DNA of 59,297 bases, from contig JAADHO010000307.1 of assembly GCA_013151775.1 (NCBI GenBank), forward strand, positions 1 through 59,297, written 5' to 3'. Below are positions 55,873 through 59,297 of this stretch, piece after piece. Numbering within the stretch: position 1 is the stretch's first letter; the number at the start of each line of letters is the position of its first letter. Source of the DNA: Deltaproteobacteria bacterium (GTDB lineage: Bacteria > Myxococcota_A > Polyangia > Polyangiales > Houyiibacteriaceae). A program made the translations under genes and the position numbers. Below the pieces are notes generated by a model, which was not told the DNA's origin, did no database searches, and saw only the letters and a list, made by a program, of their open reading frames with translations.

Positions 55873-57918
55873 ATGGGCTCCGCCGACTCACGCGCCTTGG
55901 TGGTGCTCTTCGCCTTCGAGAGCTTCCTTGGCGCGACGCTGCTCTTCGGTCTGGAGCCGATGGTCGGGCGCATGCTCCTGCCGACCTATGGTGGCGCCTA
56001 CTACGTCTGGACCACGGCTCTGACCTTCTTCTCGGGTGCGCTCTTCGTGGGCTACCTCTATGCCCACCTGCTCGCGCGACGCCTGGGCCGACTGCACCTG
56101 CTCGTGCTGGCGGCCGCGCTGCTCTTCATGCCGATCGTCGTGCCGGCGGCGACCAGCGAGGGCGCGCCTCTGACGAGCTTGCTCTTCGCCCTCACGCGGG
56201 GCGTGCTCGTGCCCTTCGTGGCGCTCTCGACCACGGCCGTCGTGATGCAGCTCTGGTGGAGCCGCCTGGCTCTCGATCCGGCGTCGACGCACCGCCTCTA
56301 CGCGGCCTCCAACGCGGGCTCCATGGTGGCGCTCGTGGCCTACGTGCTCTTCGTCGACCGGGTTTCGGGTCTGATGCGGCAGCGCGAGATCTTCACGCTC
56401 CTCTACGCCCTCTATCTCGCTCTGGCGGCGCTCTTGGCCTGGCTCAGCCATCGTCGTCCCGCGGCGAGCCACGTCGTCGAGAATCAGCCCGAGGCGTCTC
56501 CGGCTCGCGACACGTCCCCCGCCCGTGGACGTGTCCTAAGCTGGCTCGCGCTCTCCGCTTGCCCCTCGGCGCTGCTCTTGGCGGTGACCAACGTGCTCGT
56601 CTTCGAGGTCGGCTCCGCGCCCTTCGTCTGGGTCTTGCCCCTCGCCCTCTATCTGCTCAGCTTCGTGGTCGCCTTCAGCGGGCGCCCTCTGCCTCGCGCC
56701 GTCGACAGGCTCTGGCCTTTCCTCGCGGCTATCGGTGTGTTCGCGGCGTTGCGCGGAGGAGGTGGCGGCGAGGAGCTGTCGCTCGTGCTGCACTTGGTCG
56801 TGCTCTTCGTGCTCGCCGTCGTCGCCCACACAGAGCTCTACCGACGTCGTGGCCCCGCCGAAGAGCTGACGCGTTTCTACCTGGTCGTGGCCCTCGGTGG
56901 TTGGGCGGGCGGCGCGCTGGTCGCACTCGTCGCTCCGAGTGAGCTCGCGAGCCTGGCCGAGTATCCTCTGGCGATCGCTGGACTCGTGCTCACCTTTGCT
57001 GTCTTGAAGCGAAGGGCGCTGCGTTCGATCTCGCGGGCGACGCTCGCGATCACCTTGGTCTTTGGCTTCGCGCTGATGCTCGCCTCGACCATGCGCCGTG
57101 CGGACGACGAGGGGGAGCAGGTGCTCGAGCGCAGCCGCAGCCCCTACGGGCTCTACCGCGTGACCAGCATCGAGCTCGACGGTGTGCGCTATCGACAGCT
57201 GATGAGCGGGCGCATCGTCCATGGGCGCGAGCGCGAGGGCGCGGCGCATCCGGAGCCGCTGGCCTACTACCACCGCACGGGACCGCTCGGTGACGTGGCG
57301 CGCGCACATCTCAGCGCGCGCCGCGTGGGTGTGGTCGGCCTCGGCGTGGGCGCCACAGCGGCGACCTTCTCTTCGGCCGAGCGCATCGTCTTCTACGAGA
57401 TCGATCCTGAGGTGCTGCGCCTCGCGCGCGAATATTTCCACTTCATCTCGGACGATCCACGCCTCGAGTTTCGCATCGGCGACGCACGTCGCGTGCTGAC
57501 GCGTGAGTCGGCAGAGGGCGCCGAGCCCTTCGACCTGCTCGTCGTCGACGCCTTCACGGGCGACGCCGTGCCCACGCACCTGCTGACCGAAGAGGCGCTG
57601 CGCCTCTACATGTCTCGCCTCGGACCCGGCGGCGTGCTGATGATCCACGCCTCGAACCTCTACTATGACCTGGCCTCCGTCATCGCCTCCACGGCCCGAA
57701 GCGCGGGTCTGGCAGCCGCCTACCGCGTCCACGCCGGACCCCTCGCACCGGGCCAAACACCCAGCCGCTATTTCGCCCTCGCGGCGCAGCCCGAGACCCT
57801 CGACTCCCTCGACGCCCTCGGCTGGCGCCGCACCCACCGGGGCGACGGAATCTCAGACGTCGAGCCCTTCACGGACGACCACGCCGACACCTTCGGCGCC
57901 TTCCTCCGCGCGCTCTGA
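55873..57918 (+). CDS. polytopic membrane protein fused to a spermidine-synthase-like (SAM-MTase fold) domain
   Basis: ATG 55873 gives MGSADSRALVVLFAFESFLGATLLFGLEP..., followed by about 10 hydrophobic segments. The C-terminal domain has VGVVGLGVGATAATF, IVFYEIDPEVL and LLVVDAFTGDAVPTHL. The ORF track fuses it to 558 antisense-ppk2 codons (54199). Confidence 0.85.
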   Translation: MGSADSRALVVLFAFESFLGATLLFGLEPMVGRMLLPTYGGAYYVWTTALTFFSGALFVGYLYAHLLARRLGRLHLLVLAAALLFMPIVVPAATSEGAPLTSLLFALTRGVLVPFVALSTTAVVMQLWWSRLALDPASTHRLYAASNAGSMVALVAYVLFVDRVSGLMRQREIFTLLYALYLALAALLAWLSHRRPAASHVVENQPEASPARDTSPARGRVLSWLALSACPSALLLAVTNVLVFEVGSAPFVWVLPLALYLLSFVVAFSGRPLPRAVDRLWPFLAAIGVFAALRGGGGGEELSLVLHLVVLFVLAVVAHTELYRRRGPAEELTRFYLVVALGGWAGGALVALVAPSELASLAEYPLAIAGLVLTFAVLKRRALRSISRATLAITLVFGFALMLASTMRRADDEGEQVLERSRSPYGLYRVTSIELDGVRYRQLMSGRIVHGREREGAAHPEPLAYYHRTGPLGDVARAHLSARRVGVVGLGVGATAATFSSAERIVFYEIDPEVLRLAREYFHFISDDPRLEFRIGDARRVLTRESAEGAEPFDLLVVDAFTGDAVPTHLLTEEALRLYMSRLGPGGVLMIHASNLYYDLASVIASTARSAGLAAAYRVHAGPLAPGQTPSRYFALAAQPETLDSLDALGWRRTHRGDGISDVEPFTDDHADTFGAFLRAL

Positions 57919-57950
57919 GCGCGGTAGATCTTCGCTGTCGAAGGCGCCGA

Positions 57951-58231
57951 CCACGCGGGACTGCGGAACATTCGCGACATCGCGTTGTCTGGTGGGCGTG
58001 CTGCGTCTGATCGTCTCCGTCGCGTTCGCGAGCCTGCTGCTGTCGCCGGTCACGGCTCGTGCGGAGCGTTGCGTCGTTCGTGGCGCTCAGCTCTCCGTGC
58101 GGAGCGTGCGGGTCAGCCCTCCGGGTGGCGCGAGCTTCGGGCTTGCGCTGACCGATGTGTCGATCGCGGCGACGCCCGGCGCGCGTCCCCATGCGCACGC
58201 CCTTCATGTGGACGGCTCCTTCGTGTTCGAT
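57951..58231. repeat. copy A of a tandem duplication (period 1066 bp)
   Basis: 57951-58231 aligns without gaps to 59017-59297. The last ~90 nt are identical, about a dozen mismatches lie in the signal-peptide region, and the 15 nt before the start codon are diverged. Confidence 0.9.
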
Positions 58232-58989
58232 CCCGCACCGCCGACCTGCACTACGCGCTCTCACGCCAGGTGACGACGGCCGCGGGCATGCTGCATTTGA
58301 GCACGGCGGCGCGGCTCGACCGTGTGCGTGGACACGCCGCGGGTGTGGTCGCGCGCGTCACCCTCGACGGCTACGTGCGGGTGCGGCGCGTGGCTCTTCC
58401 GTGCACGGCGCTGACGCTCGACGCCGCTCCCGAGGCGCCCGTGGTCGAGACGGAGATGATCGACATCTGGGAGCCACGCGGACACACGGTCACGCTCCGG
58501 CGCCTTCCCGGACGTGGCGCCGCGCTACGCGTGGACCTCGTGGAGCCGGGGCGGCCTCGATTCGTGCGCGTCGCGCGCGAGGGAGACTACTTCGAGGTGC
58601 GCTGGACTTCACGCCACGGCTCGAGGCTTCGAGGTTGGATCCACCGCAGCGAGCTTCAGCCCATGCGCGCGGGCTCGTACAGCACCGAAAGATTCTCCGC
58701 GACCCGCGGCATGGGCATGTGCGGGCATCGCCTCGTCCCTCCCGGACCCTACAGCGGTCCCGCGCGTGTCGCAGCAGGTACGCCCGTGTACGCGAGTCGT
58801 CAGACGCGCAGACCGTGGGCCACCGCGCACGAGATCGAGGTGGAGGTGGTGTATTTCGAGGGCGATCCCATGGTTCAGCTGCGGCGCGTCCCCGGCATCG
58901 CCGAGCAATGTGAAGGCCTCCTTCTTCACGCTTGGGTTCCACGAGCCGCCGTGACCTTCCCACCCGACGCCAACGGAGTGTCCCCCTGA
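57992..58989 (+). pseudogene. secreted SH3b-like hypothetical protein, apparent frameshift
   Basis: GTG 57992 aligns with the ATG of copy B and gives (M)GVLRLIVSVAFASLLLSPVTARA...HVDGSFVFD in frame 2, which then stops at 58273. The well-biased downstream coding frame (ADLHYALSRQVTT...GWIHRSEL...AWVPRAAV, to 58989) is frame 1. The switch lies near 58232-58245. This may be a true frameshift or a sequencing error. Confidence 0.45.
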
Positions 58990-59016
58990 GTCCGCTCAAC
59001 CGGCAGCGCACACTCG

Positions 59017-59297
59017 CCACGCGCGAGTGCGGAAGACTCGCGTCCTGGTGCTGTCCGATGAGCGTGCTGCGTCCGATCGTCTGCGTCGCGTTCGCGAGTC
59101 TGCTGGCGTTGCCGGTCACAGCTCAGGCGCAGCCTTGCGTCGTTCGTGGCGCTCAGCTCTCCGTGCCGAGCGTGCGGGTCAGCCCTCAGGGTGGCGCGAG
59201 CTTCGCGCTTGCGCTGACCGATGTGTCGATCGCGGCGACGCCCGGCGCGCGTCCCCATGCGCACGCCCTTCATGTGGACGGCTCCTTCGTGTTCGAT
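59017..59297. repeat. copy B of the tandem duplication (runs off the window)
   Basis: See copy A. The offset is exactly 1066 nt. Confidence 0.9.
59058..59297 (+). CDS. secreted hypothetical protein, paralog of 57992-58989 (5' partial, continues beyond window)
   Basis: ATG 59058 gives MSVLRPIVCVAFASLLALPVTAQAQPCVVRGAQLSVPSVRVSPQGGASFALALTDVSIAATPGARPHAHALHVDGSFVFD, and the frame is open to the window end. It is not in the ORF track because it is truncated. Confidence 0.6.
   Translation, partial: MSVLRPIVCVAFASLLALPVTAQAQPCVVRGAQLSVPSVRVSPQGGASFALALTDVSIAATPGARPHAHALHVDGSFVFD

Overview
This is a 59,297-bp, very GC-rich bacterial chromosomal segment (by eye roughly two-thirds to 70% G+C; not computed). 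Families readable from the translations suggest a member of the Myxococcota, though that is inference. These include a PilZ/PEGA protein, a MopE-like Cys-rich motif, giant TPR/transglutaminase-like secreted proteins, a satellite minor-pilin/PilY1 cassette and many lipobox proteins.

I support about 47 protein-coding genes:
- Metabolic/housekeeping: ppc, ggt, folK, ppk1, a two-domain ppk2, tldD, a GH1 glycosidase, a UbiA-family transferase, a persulfide dioxygenase-rhodanese fusion and a rhomboid protease.
- Metal homeostasis: copA-copZ.
- Helicases: a DinG-like FeS helicase and a DExH helicase.
- A vapBC toxin-antitoxin pair.
- A five-gene type IV pilus tip module (fimT/U-pilV-pilW-pilX-pilY1).
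- A cyclic-nucleotide pair: a Crp-like cNMP-binding regulator plus a class II phosphodiesterase.
- A GT2 + DUF2064 pair.
- More than a dozen secreted proteins or lipoproteins of unknown function.

I saw no rRNA, tRNA, CRISPR array, transposase or integrase. Nearly every real gene is shadowed by long antisense ORFs typical of high-GC DNA, and these were rejected. Start codons are best guesses; stop codons are firm.

I did not find a clear-cut, self-contained novel multi-gene system such as a defence island. The observations I rate highest are:
1. A PilZ-TM-PEGA protein ending in about a dozen in-frame 15-nt repeats that place one Met every five residues.
2. A 31-bp-arm perfect inverted repeat filling the divergent dinG promoter region.
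3. A translationally coupled pair of about 1250-aa transglutaminase-like paralogs in which the second has lost the Cys-His-Asp triad.
4. The pilus tip cassette, with four consecutive ATGA overlaps and a five-Cys insertion next to the PilY1 MIDAS motif.
5. A 1066-bp-period tandem gene duplication at the window end whose first copy is frameshifted.
6. A lower-GC island (3.1-6.3 kb) ending in a start-less DUF1508 remnant with its own intrinsic terminator.
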